From an uncultured Gammaproteobacteria bacterium (GTDB taxonomy: Bacteria > Pseudomonadota > Gammaproteobacteria > Steroidobacterales > Steroidobacteraceae): DNA of 64,000 bases. A program made the translations under genes and the position numbers. Below the pieces are notes generated by a model, which was not told the DNA's origin, made no database searches, and saw only the letters and a list, made by a program, of their open reading frames with translations. The stretch is taken from positions 30,440 to 94,439 of the forward strand of contig CAWDGY010000008.1 in NCBI GenBank assembly GCA_963801865.1, written 5' to 3'. Below, piece by piece: positions 1 to 9,457 of this stretch (positions are counted from its first letter, which is position 1; each line of letters begins with the position of its first letter).

Positions 1-2745
1 AACCTCGCCGACCTCGGACTGAACTTCGTGCGGCCGCGGCTGGTCACGGTGCAGGGCGCGGGCATTCCCTATCCGTTCGGCGGCAAGACGCCGCAGGTGA
101 TGTTCGACCTCGACACCGCAGCGCTCGAGTCGCGCGGTTTGACCGGCCTCGACGTCGCCAACGCGCTCGCCGCACAGAACCTCATCACCCCCGTTGGCTC
201 GGAAAAGATCGGCGACTACGAATACACGGTGAACCTCAACAGCGCGCCGTCGAAAATCCCTGAGCTCGGCGACCTGCCCATCAAGAGTGTGGGCGGCGCA
301 ATGGTGTACATGCACGACGTCGCACAGGTGCACAACGGCAGTGCGGTGCAGACCAATATCGTGCACGTCGACGGCAACCGCTCGGTGCTCTTGAGCGTGT
401 TCAAGAACGGCGCGACCTCGACGCTCGATATCGTCAGCGGCATCAAGAAGATGCTTCAAGTCATCAAACCCTCGCTACCCGATGCGCTCGACATCAAACC
501 GATCGGCGATCAGTCGATCTTCGTGCGTGCTTCGATCCAGGGGGTCATCCGCGAGGGGGTGATTGCGGCGGCGCTGACGAGCCTGATGATCCTGCTGTTC
601 CTCGGCAGCGCGCGCTCGACCTTGATCGTGACCACCTCGATACCACTGTCGATCCTGGGCGCCATCGGCACGCTTTGGGCGTTCGGCGAGACGCTTAACA
701 TCATGACGTTGGGGGGGCTCGCGCTCGCCGTCGGGATACTCGTCGACGAGGCGACGGTGACGATCGAGAGCATCAACTATCATCTCGAACAGGGTAAGGA
801 GGTGGAGGCGGCGATCATCGCCGGTGCCTCGCAGATCGTCGTTCCGGCTTTTGTATCATTGCTCTGCATCTGCATCGTGTTCATTCCGATGTTCTTCCTG
901 AGCGGCGTGGCACGCTTCTTGTTCGTGCCGATGGCGGAGAGCGTGATGTTTGCCATGGTCTTCTCGTTCCTGCTGTCGCGAACCCTGGTGCCGACGCTGG
1001 CCAAATATCTGCTTCACATGCACGTCGCGGCCGTTGATGGGCACGATAACGTCATCGAGCCGGCGCCGTCGAAGAATCCGCTGGTGCGCTTACAGCGTGC
1101 CTTCGAGGGTTATTTTGCGCGGCTGCGCGCCGCGTATCGTGGCCTCTTGGCGCTTGCCATCGAGCATCGCAGGCTATTCATCGGGGCTTTTCTCGGCTTC
1201 ATTGGCGTCTCGTTCCTGCTGGTTCCATTTCTCGGCCGCAATTTCTTTCCACAGGTTGACGGCGGTCAGATGCTGCTGCACGTGCGGGCGCCGGTCGGCA
1301 TGCGTATCGAGGAAACCGCCGCGCGCTTTGCCGATGTGGAGAAGGCGATCCGCGAGGTGATCCCGCCGACCGAGGTGGTGGCGGTCGTCGACAACATCGG
1401 CACCTATCTTTCGTCGATCAATACGATCTACAACAATACCGGAACGATCGGTGAGTCGGATGGGGACATTCAGATCTCGCTCAAGCAGGGGCACGCACCG
1501 ACCGCAGATTACGTCAATCGCCTGCGCACTGAGCTGCCGCGCCGCTTCCCGGGTATGACCTTCTCCTTTCTGCCAGCCGATATCGTCAGCCAAATCCTCA
1601 ATTTCGGCGCGCCCGCACCGGTCGATCTTCAAGTTCGCGGCAACGATCTGAGTGCGGATTTCGACTACGCCAACAAGCTCCTGGCGCAAATCCGTCATGT
1701 CCCCGGAGTAGCAGATGCGCGCATCCATCAATCGGCCGCGCTCCCGACGATCGAGGTCAATATGGACCGCACGCGGGCCAGATACGCCGGCGTGACCGCG
1801 GCCGATGTGACCGACAGCCTGGTCGTCAACCTCGCGAGCTCGAGCCAGGTGGCGCCCACCTACTGGCTCAACGAGAAGAACGGCGTCACCTATCCGATTG
1901 CGCTGCAGACGCCGCAATACCAAATTGACACGCTCCCGGCTCTCCGGAATGTGCCGATCAACGCAAGCGGCGCGCCCACCACGGTGCTCGGCGGCATCGC
2001 CGACATTCGCCGTACCCACAGCGACGCCGTCGTCTCGCAGTACGACATCTCCCCGATGGTGGATATCTATGCGACAACCCAAGGGCGCGATCTCGGCGCG
2101 GTCTCGAGTGACATCGAGAAAATCATGGCGAGGAACGACAAGCACAAGCCAAAGGGCTCGATCGTCGCCCTGGTAGGTCAGACGGCGACCATGAACAGTG
2201 CCTACTCGGGCTTGCTGTTCGGCCTCCTGGGCGCGATCGTACTCATTTATTTCCTGATCGTGATCAACTTCCAGTCCTGGAGCGACCCCTTCGTCATCAT
2301 CACCGCGCTCCCGGCGGCACTCGCCGGCATCGTCTGGATGCTGTTTGCGACGCACACGACGCTTTCGGTGCCAGCGCTCACGGGCGCGATCATGTGCATG
2401 GGTGTCGCGACCGCCAACAGCGTGCTGGTGATCAGTTTCGCACGCGAGAAGCTCAAGGAGATCGGTGATGCGACGCAAGCCGCGCTGGAAGCCGGTTTCG
2501 TGCGCCTGCGGCCGGTGATGATGACGGCGCTCGCGATGGTAATCGGCATGCTGCCGATGGCGCTCGGCCTCGGCGAGGGCGGCGAGCAGAATGCGCCGCT
2601 CGGTCGCGCGGTGATCGGAGGCCTCGCCTTCGCTACCATCTCGACACTGTTCTTCGTCCCCGTGATGTTCAGCATCATTCACCGCCACCGCGGCCCCAAG
2701 TCGGCACCGCAAGCCCATCGAAGAGAAGCCAATGCCACAGCCTGA
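1..2745 (+). CDS. RND (HAE1-type) efflux transporter permease, 5'-truncated by the window edge
   Basis: Frame 1 is open from nt 1, with no stop before the listed start at 28. AcrB-like TM4 motif GGLALAVGILVDEATVTIE and two large periplasmic loops between hydrophobic blocks. 905 aa are present, against roughly 1030 aa typical for this family. Adaptor and OMF genes follow. Confidence 0.9.
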   Translation, partial: NLADLGLNFVRPRLVTVQGAGIPYPFGGKTPQVMFDLDTAALESRGLTGLDVANALAAQNLITPVGSEKIGDYEYTVNLNSAPSKIPELGDLPIKSVGGAMVYMHDVAQVHNGSAVQTNIVHVDGNRSVLLSVFKNGATSTLDIVSGIKKMLQVIKPSLPDALDIKPIGDQSIFVRASIQGVIREGVIAAALTSLMILLFLGSARSTLIVTTSIPLSILGAIGTLWAFGETLNIMTLGGLALAVGILVDEATVTIESINYHLEQGKEVEAAIIAGASQIVVPAFVSLLCICIVFIPMFFLSGVARFLFVPMAESVMFAMVFSFLLSRTLVPTLAKYLLHMHVAAVDGHDNVIEPAPSKNPLVRLQRAFEGYFARLRAAYRGLLALAIEHRRLFIGAFLGFIGVSFLLVPFLGRNFFPQVDGGQMLLHVRAPVGMRIEETAARFADVEKAIREVIPPTEVVAVVDNIGTYLSSINTIYNNTGTIGESDGDIQISLKQGHAPTADYVNRLRTELPRRFPGMTFSFLPADIVSQILNFGAPAPVDLQVRGNDLSADFDYANKLLAQIRHVPGVADARIHQSAALPTIEVNMDRTRARYAGVTAADVTDSLVVNLASSSQVAPTYWLNEKNGVTYPIALQTPQYQIDTLPALRNVPINASGAPTTVLGGIADIRRTHSDAVVSQYDISPMVDIYATTQGRDLGAVSSDIEKIMARNDKHKPKGSIVALVGQTATMNSAYSGLLFGLLGAIVLIYFLIVINFQSWSDPFVIITALPAALAGIVWMLFATHTTLSVPALTGAIMCMGVATANSVLVISFAREKLKEIGDATQAALEAGFVRLRPVMMTALAMVIGMLPMALGLGEGGEQNAPLGRAVIGGLAFATISTLFFVPVMFSIIHRHRGPKSAPQAHRREANATA

Positions 2746-3934
2746 TCGCAAACCCGACCTCCCAGGTCAGCACCGCTTGCGCCGTATCGGCGGCGCATTC
2801 GTGCTCCTCGCCATCGCCGTAGTTGCCTACGGCTTGGGCTCGCGCACGGCGCAAGACTCGCGCCTGCACGATTTGACCGAGGCGCAAGCCGTGCCGGTCG
2901 TGGCGATCGTCACGCCGACCAGCGTGGACAATCACGCGGGCCTCGACCTGCCGGGACGCCTGGAGGCCTACATCCGCGCGCCTATCTACGCGCGCGTTCC
3001 CGGGTACCTCAAGAGCTGGAATCATGATATCGGCAGCAAGGTGAAGGCCGGCGAGGTGCTCGCCGAGATCGATACGCCCGATCTCGACCAGCAGTTGATG
3101 CAGGCGCGCGCGGACCTCAGCGTCGCTCAGGCGAATGCCAAGCTCGCCCAGATCGGCGCACAGCGCTGGCAGTCGCTCGCCGGCACCGACGCCGTCGCCA
3201 AGCAAGACGTCGATCAGCGCACGTTCACCTGGAACGCGAGTATCGCGCAGGTCAAGGCAGCACAGGCGAACGTCGACCGACTGGTTGCCGAGGAAGGCTT
3301 CAAGCGCCTGATGGCGCCATTCGACGGTATTGTCACCGCGCGCGAAACCGACATCGGTGCGCTCATCAATGTGGGGGCCGCCGGTGGGGCGGAACTCTTC
3401 GTGGTTTCCGACACGAGGCAGCTGCGCGTCTATGTCAACGTGCCGCAGAATTACGTGCCCAGCGTGCCGCCGGGTACTCAGGCTACGATCCGCGTGCCCG
3501 AACATCCCGACCGAACCTTCAGCGGCGCGGTGGAGGCTTCGGCTCAGGCGGTCAACCCGAGCTCCGGCACGACCTTGATGCAGATCATCGTCGACAATGG
3601 CGCCGGAGAGCTGATGCCTGGTGACTACGCCAGCATTCATTTGCAGATTCCCGCCGCTGCCCATGTGCTCAGCGTGCCGTCAAGCGCGGTCATTTTCGAT
3701 GCCAAGGGGCTTTCCATCGCGACCGTGGACTCGGACAACCGCGTCCTGCTGAAACCCGTGTCGATCGAACGCGATCTGGGTACGATCGTCGAACTCGCCT
3801 CGGGCCTCTCGCCGAACGATCGGGTGATCGAAAACCCACCCGACGGAGTCGGTAATGGCGCATTGGTACGCCTCGGCCGATCGGCGCCGGTCGCAGCGGA
3901 TGGCCAGCCGAAGCATCCAAATGAACGGGGCTAA
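2732..3934 (+). CDS. RND efflux periplasmic adaptor (MFP, HlyD family)
   Basis: N-terminal membrane anchor GGAFVLLAIAVVAYGL. Lipoyl-hairpin halves VKAGEVLAEIDTPDLDQQL and APFDGIVTARETDIG. Start overlaps the permease stop by 14 nt. Confidence 0.88.
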   Translation: MPQPDRKPDLPGQHRLRRIGGAFVLLAIAVVAYGLGSRTAQDSRLHDLTEAQAVPVVAIVTPTSVDNHAGLDLPGRLEAYIRAPIYARVPGYLKSWNHDIGSKVKAGEVLAEIDTPDLDQQLMQARADLSVAQANAKLAQIGAQRWQSLAGTDAVAKQDVDQRTFTWNASIAQVKAAQANVDRLVAEEGFKRLMAPFDGIVTARETDIGALINVGAAGGAELFVVSDTRQLRVYVNVPQNYVPSVPPGTQATIRVPEHPDRTFSGAVEASAQAVNPSSGTTLMQIIVDNGAGELMPGDYASIHLQIPAAAHVLSVPSSAVIFDAKGLSIATVDSDNRVLLKPVSIERDLGTIVELASGLSPNDRVIENPPDGVGNGALVRLGRSAPVAADGQPKHPNERG

Positions 3935-5333
3935 GGTCGTCCCCTGGTCTGGGACAGCGCTCGCGCTGCTGCTCGGCGCCTGCTCGCTGGCGCCGCCCCT
4001 GAAGACCCCAACCATTCCCACGGCGGCTGTCTATAAGGAAATGGGACCCTGGACCCAAGCCCAGCCCGCCGACCGTCTGCCGCGCGACAGCTGGTGGGCG
4101 CTTTACGACAGCGGGGAGCTCGATGGACTCGAGAAAAGGCTGATCGCAGGGAACCCGACCCTCGCCGTCTCGTTGGCCAATTACGCGCAGGCCAGGGCGC
4201 TCGCTGATCAAGCGCGCGCCGGGCTCTTTCCCACCTTGGGTCTGAGCGCCGGCGTCGGACGCAATCGCGAATCGATCAATGCGCCGCTGAGGGGGCCGAC
4301 GACGCCGACCTACTACAATGACAACTCGTTCGGCGGCGCCGTCAGCTACGAGCTCGATCTTTGGGGCCAGATTCGCAACGAGGTCGCCGCGGGCGAAGCC
4401 AATGCCGCGGCGTCCGCAGCGGATCTTGAGAATGCGCGCCTGTCGCTGATTGCACAGCTAGTCGACGATTACATTCAGCTGCGAAGCCTCGACCGCGACA
4501 GCGCGATCCTCGATGAGACGGTGCAAACCTATGCGCGCGCGCTCAGCCTCACCGCGCAGCGCCATGACGCTGGCATCGCACCCGGCCTCGACGTCGCGCA
4601 GGCGCAGACTCAGCTCGATGCCGCACGCTCCCAGGCGGCGCAGACTCTCGCTCAGCGAGCGTTGATGGAACACGCCATTGCGGCGCTCCTTGGCGTGTCG
4701 GCCTCGACATTCTCGATCAAGTCCGAGATCGTAGCCATCAAGCTTCCGCAGATTCCCACTGGCGTCCCCTCCACCTTGCTCGAACGTCGGCCGGATATTG
4801 CGGGCGCACAGCGGCGTATGATTGCGGCGAATGCCAACATCGGGGTCGCACGCGCGGCTTATTTTCCGACGCTGACGCTCGGCGGTCAGGGCGGCTTCGA
4901 GAGCAGAGCCCTCTCGAACTGGCTGAGCGCACCGAGTTCGTTCTGGGCGATTGGACCCAACGCCCTGCTCAGCGTCTTCGACGGCGGCTTGCGCCGGGCC
5001 CAGGTCGCCCAGGCGCGCGCGGGGTTCGACGCCTCCGCCGCGAATTACCGCAGCACTGTCGTGAGTGCATTTCAACAGGTCGAAGACAGCCTCGCCACGC
5101 TCAACCATTACCACGACGCCGCTGTAGAAGAGAAGGCCGCGCTCGACGCCGCCCAGCGTACGCTGGATCTGTCGCTGGCGCTCTACAAGCAAGGTGCGAC
5201 CGACTATCTCACCGTCGTCACCTCGCAGACAGCCCTCCTGCAGACGCAGCTGCAGGCGCTCAATCTCGATACCCTGCAGTTGCGCGCCAGCGTCGACCTG
5301 ATCCGGGCGCTCGGGGGCGGTTGGGAGGGTTAA
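3921..5333 (+). CDS. Efflux outer-membrane factor lipoprotein, NodT family
   Basis: Start moved to the ATG at 3921 (MNGAKVV...), giving the signal peptide plus lipobox ALLLGAC. NodT-type repeat RRPDIAGAQRRMIAANANIGVARAAYFPTLTL. Overlaps the adaptor stop (3932-3934). Confidence 0.88.
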   Translation: MNGAKVVPWSGTALALLLGACSLAPPLKTPTIPTAAVYKEMGPWTQAQPADRLPRDSWWALYDSGELDGLEKRLIAGNPTLAVSLANYAQARALADQARAGLFPTLGLSAGVGRNRESINAPLRGPTTPTYYNDNSFGGAVSYELDLWGQIRNEVAAGEANAAASAADLENARLSLIAQLVDDYIQLRSLDRDSAILDETVQTYARALSLTAQRHDAGIAPGLDVAQAQTQLDAARSQAAQTLAQRALMEHAIAALLGVSASTFSIKSEIVAIKLPQIPTGVPSTLLERRPDIAGAQRRMIAANANIGVARAAYFPTLTLGGQGGFESRALSNWLSAPSSFWAIGPNALLSVFDGGLRRAQVAQARAGFDASAANYRSTVVSAFQQVEDSLATLNHYHDAAVEEKAALDAAQRTLDLSLALYKQGATDYLTVVTSQTALLQTQLQALNLDTLQLRASVDLIRALGGGWEG

Positions 5334-5368
5334 CCCACTCGCAGGATTACTGCTTCCGCCAATCCGGG

Positions 5369-6235
5369 CTACAACCCGGCACTTCGAACGGCATCGGCTA
5401 CCAATTTCATATAATCGATGTGTTGATCGATCGTCTTGAAGTTCTGGCCCATCGTGGCCACAGAAACGTGAGTCCCTCCGATGTCGCGCCAGCGCGAGGC
5501 CGTCTCGACCACAGCCTGGGGGGTTTTCGCCCGAATCATATTGCACTGCAGACCGAAGCCGGTTTCCGTGCGCCCGGCCTCCTTCAAGAATTGCCGCAAG
5601 CGCGAGATGAGTTCGAACGCATTTCCGGCCCCGTCCACGAAGATAAAGCCGTCACCGAGCGCCGCGGCCCGGCGGATCGCCACGTCCGCAAACCCTCCGA
5701 ACCAGATAGGGATCGTGCGCCGCGGCCGCGGGTTCAGCGCCGCCCGGTCGATGCGGTCGAAGGTCCCTTTAAAATCGACCAGTGGTTCCGACCAGAGACG
5801 GCGCAATAGGGTGATCTGCTCGCCAACCCGCTTGCCGCGACTATGAAAGTCCTGACCCAGCGCGTCGTACTCGACATAGTTCCAGCCGATTCCGACGCCA
5901 AGTCTCAATCGCTCATGCGATAGCAGATCCAGATCAGCTGCTTGCCGGGCAACCAGCACGGTTTGACGCTGGGGCAGAATGAGAATGCCGGGTACGAGCT
6001 CGATGCGCTTCGTCATTCCTGCGAGATACGCAAACATGACGAAGGGGTCGTGAAAAGGGTGTTGGTCGGTGTAGGGGCCCGTAAGCTTCGGCTCACGGTC
6101 ATGGGTTGCACCGAGCACATGGTCGTAGGTGAGAAGATGATCGTAGCCCAGCTCTTCGGCGGCCAGTCCGATTCGGCGCACCGCCTCGGGGTCGCCGTGC
6201 AGCTCAGTTTGAGGGTAGATGACGCCGATCTTCAT
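5369..6235 (-). CDS. Luciferase-like (LLM class) flavin/F420-dependent oxidoreductase
   Basis: MKIGVIYPQTE... TIM-barrel LLM pattern with ...RLRLGVGIGWNYVEYDALG... and C-terminal ...IPIWFGG.... 288 aa is typical for the TIGR03619-like group. Confidence 0.75.
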   Translation of the reverse strand: MKIGVIYPQTELHGDPEAVRRIGLAAEELGYDHLLTYDHVLGATHDREPKLTGPYTDQHPFHDPFVMFAYLAGMTKRIELVPGILILPQRQTVLVARQAADLDLLSHERLRLGVGIGWNYVEYDALGQDFHSRGKRVGEQITLLRRLWSEPLVDFKGTFDRIDRAALNPRPRRTIPIWFGGFADVAIRRAAALGDGFIFVDGAGNAFELISRLRQFLKEAGRTETGFGLQCNMIRAKTPQAVVETASRWRDIGGTHVSVATMGQNFKTIDQHIDYMKLVADAVRSAGL

Positions 6236-6273
6236 CGTTCGATCCTGATACGACCGCGGCTTTCCCGCGGATT

Positions 6274-6717
6274 TCAGTCACAGCCTAATCCTGCCGCTTT
6301 CTTCCTCTGCCCCTCCACGCCCGAAAGGAGCGGACCGATCTTCTCATCGGCCAGGATAGTGCAGAAATATTCGTTGACCTGCTTGATCTTATCGTCGTGA
6401 AATGTAAATACCATGCAGTACTGATTGCAATAGCGCTCGCCGTTCGCGAGCGTGGCGTCGCCCTCGAATTCGACGGCCACCCGATCTCCTTCGCCCGTCA
6501 CGGACAGGAAGCAAGGCCGCAGGCCGCTCGGGATGACCTCCTTGAACGCGCCGGTGGTGGCGAGGATAAGCTGATAGGACCGGGCGCCGGAAAGCTTACC
6601 GAAGCCCTTCGCTATCGTCACCGCGTCCGGAGCCAGGCACGCCTTCGCCCCCTCAACATCGGCCCTGCTGAAGGCTTCGATGAATCTGACGGCAGTTTGC
6701 TTGTTCTGCTCGCTCAT
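6274..6717 (-). CDS. SnoaL-like / NTF2-fold protein
   Basis: Start moved to the ATG at 6717 (MSEQNKQTAVRFIEAF...), preceded by a GGAGA Shine-Dalgarno. Small alpha+beta barrel pattern ...YCMVFTFHDDKIKQVNEYF. Confidence 0.65.
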   Translation of the reverse strand: MSEQNKQTAVRFIEAFSRADVEGAKACLAPDAVTIAKGFGKLSGARSYQLILATTGAFKEVIPSGLRPCFLSVTGEGDRVAVEFEGDATLANGERYCNQYCMVFTFHDDKIKQVNEYFCTILADEKIGPLLSGVEGQRKKAAGLGCD

Positions 6718-6740
6718 GTCATTTCTCCTGCTTTCTATGG

Positions 6741-7301
6741 TCAAACGGGTCCGAATATCGCCCGCCACAGGTGACGCAGCCCGTTGCCGACGGCTCCAAG
6801 CACCGAAAGCTGGTCACGCTCGGATGCGTCGAAGCCGTGAGCGGCAGCGGCTTTCTCGATCTCGGCCTTGAGCTGTCCGGCAAAAGACTTCGCCAATTGC
6901 GGCAAGAGCGGCTTGCTCATGGCCTCCCACAATGGGGACATCGGCCCGCTTCCTTGAACGCGCAGCTTCAACGTGACTTCGGTCTCACGGTCTGTCTTTC
7001 GCAGGGCAACATAGGAGCCGCCACCCACAACGGGATCGCCTTCGAGTTTGTAGGAAAACTTCACCTGCTCCGGCTCATCCCACTGATCCACGTGAACCAG
7101 GACGTTGACCGTCCGTACGAGGCCGCCTACGCCGACCTTGAGGGTCCAGCGGGAATCATCGGGGTTTATGACTGTGCAGGCCCGGCACCCGGGCATGAGG
7201 CTCGCCCATTTCTGAATGTCGTTGACGTATCTCCAGACGTTTTCAATGGCGGAATTGATCGAGATCGTTTGCTCGGCTTCGATCACGTAAAACTGCCTCA
7301 A
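6741..7301 (-). CDS. SRPBCC-fold protein, CoxG (carbon monoxide dehydrogenase subunit G)-like
   Basis: ...ISINSAIENVWRYVNDIQKWASLMPGC... is typical of the CoxG/SRPBCC N-terminus, followed by a C-terminal amphipathic tail. The listed start is a TTG (7299-7301); a GTG at 7286 is an alternative. Confidence 0.65.
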   Translation of the reverse strand: MRQFYVIEAEQTISINSAIENVWRYVNDIQKWASLMPGCRACTVINPDDSRWTLKVGVGGLVRTVNVLVHVDQWDEPEQVKFSYKLEGDPVVGGGSYVALRKTDRETEVTLKLRVQGSGPMSPLWEAMSKPLLPQLAKSFAGQLKAEIEKAAAAHGFDASERDQLSVLGAVGNGLRHLWRAIFGPV

Positions 7302-7530
7302 AGCCCCAATCGCTCGATTTCCCGTTGCAACAAATTGCTCGGATTTCCGGCAGCGTGGAGGCCGGCAAGATGGCCGTGGGTCATGCCGCGCGCATTCGAG
7401 ATCCCGCTCTGCATGGCTGCGCCGGTTTCCAGACGAGCCACGGAATTACCCGCGACGTAAAGGCCCTCAATTCAGTTCGACAAGATCCGTGCGGAGCTTC
7501 CCGGCGTCCGCAAGAAGAGGTGGGTGCGCT
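7298..7530 (-). pseudogene. Remnant of the C-terminus of an FAD-dependent oxidoreductase (KstD / fumarate-reductase flavoprotein type)
   Basis: My minus-strand translation of 7298-7465 gives IEGLYVAGNSVARLETGAAMQSGISNARGMTHGHLAGLHAAGN...*, the conserved C-terminal FAD-contact segment. An in-frame TGA lies immediately upstream and there is no start codon. A further piece (..AGKLRTDLVELN*) sits in another frame at about 7470-7530. The roughly 500 aa expected upstream are absent. Confidence 0.4.
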
Positions 7531-7709
7531 CATCCGGAGCGTCGTCCACGGCACCCGTCATCGCGCATCATTAGCACCTTGGTAGTTTCAATGCTGAAAG
7601 ATATCGCAGGCGGCCGTCGCACGCAAATTGGGGTCCCGGCTCGACCTAAACGGAACGGCGACCTGCTGAAAGAGCCTCAGGGCACGTTCCACCAGTTGCG
7701 CCAGATTGA

Positions 7710-9392
7710 TCACGCATGAAGAGCGCGATGAACCTGCTGGATGCAAGCAGATCCTTCCCCGACCGCAGCGGCAACCCGCTTGACGCTACCGTAGCGAACG
7801 TCGCCCACGGCAAAAATCCCGGGAACATTGGTCTCAAAGAATTCGGGTTGACGGGCGCCCGCCCACTTGTCAGGCAGTAGATCACGAGCTCCGAGATCGG
7901 CCCCTGTGCGCACGAACCCCTTCTCGTTGAGTGCGATGCAACCCCTGAGCCAATTCGTCGAGGGTACCGCGCCGGTCATCAGGAACACGTGCCCAATGGC
8001 GTGGGTTTCAGGCTCGAGCTGCGCACTCTTCCACGTGACCCGCGCGAGTTGCTCGTCGCCCTCCAGCGATGTGATCTCCGTGTTCACGTGCAGGGTGATG
8101 TTCACTGCTTCTGCGATACGGCGAATGAGGTACTGCGACATGCTATCTGCCAAGCCCTTCGAGCGAACCAGCAGATGCACATGCCGACAACTGCCGGCGA
8201 GAAATACCGCGGCTTGACCTGCGGAGTTGCCGCCTCCGACCACGATGACTTCGCGGTCTCCGCAACGCCGCGCTTCGGTCGAAGTCGCTGCATAATAGAT
8301 CCCCATACCGAGAAATCGCGACTCATTGGGCAGGGCGAGTTGACGGTACTCGGCCCCGGTGGCGACGATTACGGAGTGTGCGGGTACGAGCTCGCCGTGC
8401 GCGAGCTCGATGGCGTAGGGACGCCGATCGCATCGTAGCTTGAGCGCGGAGTACGCAGTCCTGATTTCCGCTCCGAATTTTTGCGCTTGGATGAGCGCGC
8501 GCGATGCCAATGCAAGCCCCGAAATCCCGGTCGGAAATCCCAGATAGTTTTCGATCTTCGAGCTTGAACCGGCCTGACCGCCGGGCGTACCCGTTTCAAG
8601 GACCAGCACGTCGAGCCCCTCGGAGGCGGCGTAGACGGCCGCCGCCAATCCGGCCGGCCCGGCGCCCACCACGATGACGTCCCGAATCCGGTCGTCGTCG
8701 ATCTGCTGATTCATGCCCAGACAGGCGGCAACTTCCTCGTTACTGGGATTCTTGAGGACGACCGCGCCCCGGCAGAGCACCACGGGTAAGTCTTCCACTT
8801 TCACGTGAAAGCGCTCGAGCAATTCGCGGACGGAAGAATCGCTGTCGAGGTCGAGATTGACGTAAGGAAAGGCATTGCGGGTGAGAAACTGCTGCAGCCG
8901 CAGGGTGCCCGCGGAGTGCATGGAGCCGAGCAAAACGACGTCCCCACGCTGCGACTCGATGAGAAGAACACGGCGCAAAATGAATGCACGCATGAACAGC
9001 TCGCCGAGCTGCGGGTCGGTCTGGATGATGGTGCGCAGTTGAGGCTCATCGATTACCAAGACTTGGCCCGCTTCGCGGACGCGCATACGGACGACACCGC
9101 CGATGCCGCGCAACGTGCTCATCTCTCCGCTGAAGCTCCCAGGCACGTGCAGCGCCACATGTACTTCGCCGGCCATCCCGACCTGCATGACTTCTATGCT
9201 GCCCGATAGAACCACATACATCGGGCGGCGCTCGCCGGGCTCCGCCAGCACCTGCCCCGCGCGCGTCGTGAGCTTGCTGGCGTGCGACTCGAGCCGGGAA
9301 ATTTGCGCCGCCGTCAGCTTGGGGAACAGCTGTGCCTGCCGGCCTGCGTAAGGAGATTGCACGGCAGAACCCGGATTGTCTTCGGTGTCCAT
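7710..9392 (-). CDS. Cyclic-nucleotide-binding domain fused to a thioredoxin-reductase-fold FAD/NAD(P) oxidoreductase (no CxxC)
   Basis: N-terminal cNMP-binding beta-barrel (...SFSGEMSTLRG...). FAD motif VIVVGAGPAGLAAAVYA, NAD(P) motif VIVVGGGNSAGQAA and C-terminal FAVGDVR. The E. coli TrxR CATCDG position reads AATSTE. Confidence 0.8.
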   Translation of the reverse strand: MDTEDNPGSAVQSPYAGRQAQLFPKLTAAQISRLESHASKLTTRAGQVLAEPGERRPMYVVLSGSIEVMQVGMAGEVHVALHVPGSFSGEMSTLRGIGGVVRMRVREAGQVLVIDEPQLRTIIQTDPQLGELFMRAFILRRVLLIESQRGDVVLLGSMHSAGTLRLQQFLTRNAFPYVNLDLDSDSSVRELLERFHVKVEDLPVVLCRGAVVLKNPSNEEVAACLGMNQQIDDDRIRDVIVVGAGPAGLAAAVYAASEGLDVLVLETGTPGGQAGSSSKIENYLGFPTGISGLALASRALIQAQKFGAEIRTAYSALKLRCDRRPYAIELAHGELVPAHSVIVATGAEYRQLALPNESRFLGMGIYYAATSTEARRCGDREVIVVGGGNSAGQAAVFLAGSCRHVHLLVRSKGLADSMSQYLIRRIAEAVNITLHVNTEITSLEGDEQLARVTWKSAQLEPETHAIGHVFLMTGAVPSTNWLRGCIALNEKGFVRTGADLGARDLLPDKWAGARQPEFFETNVPGIFAVGDVRYGSVKRVAAAVGEGSACIQQVHRALHA

Positions 9393-9457
9393 ATTAGATT
9401 CCGCTCACGGAACTGACCTGTTGGAGAGAAATGCAAATGCCGCCCCCGAGCAGGCTA

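Noticed and set aside
1174-2751. 525-aa ORF on the minus strand
   Set aside because: It is antisense to the well-supported RND permease. The Arg/His/Asp/Gly-rich low-complexity translation is typical of the reverse frame of GC-rich genes, and it has no recognisable motif.
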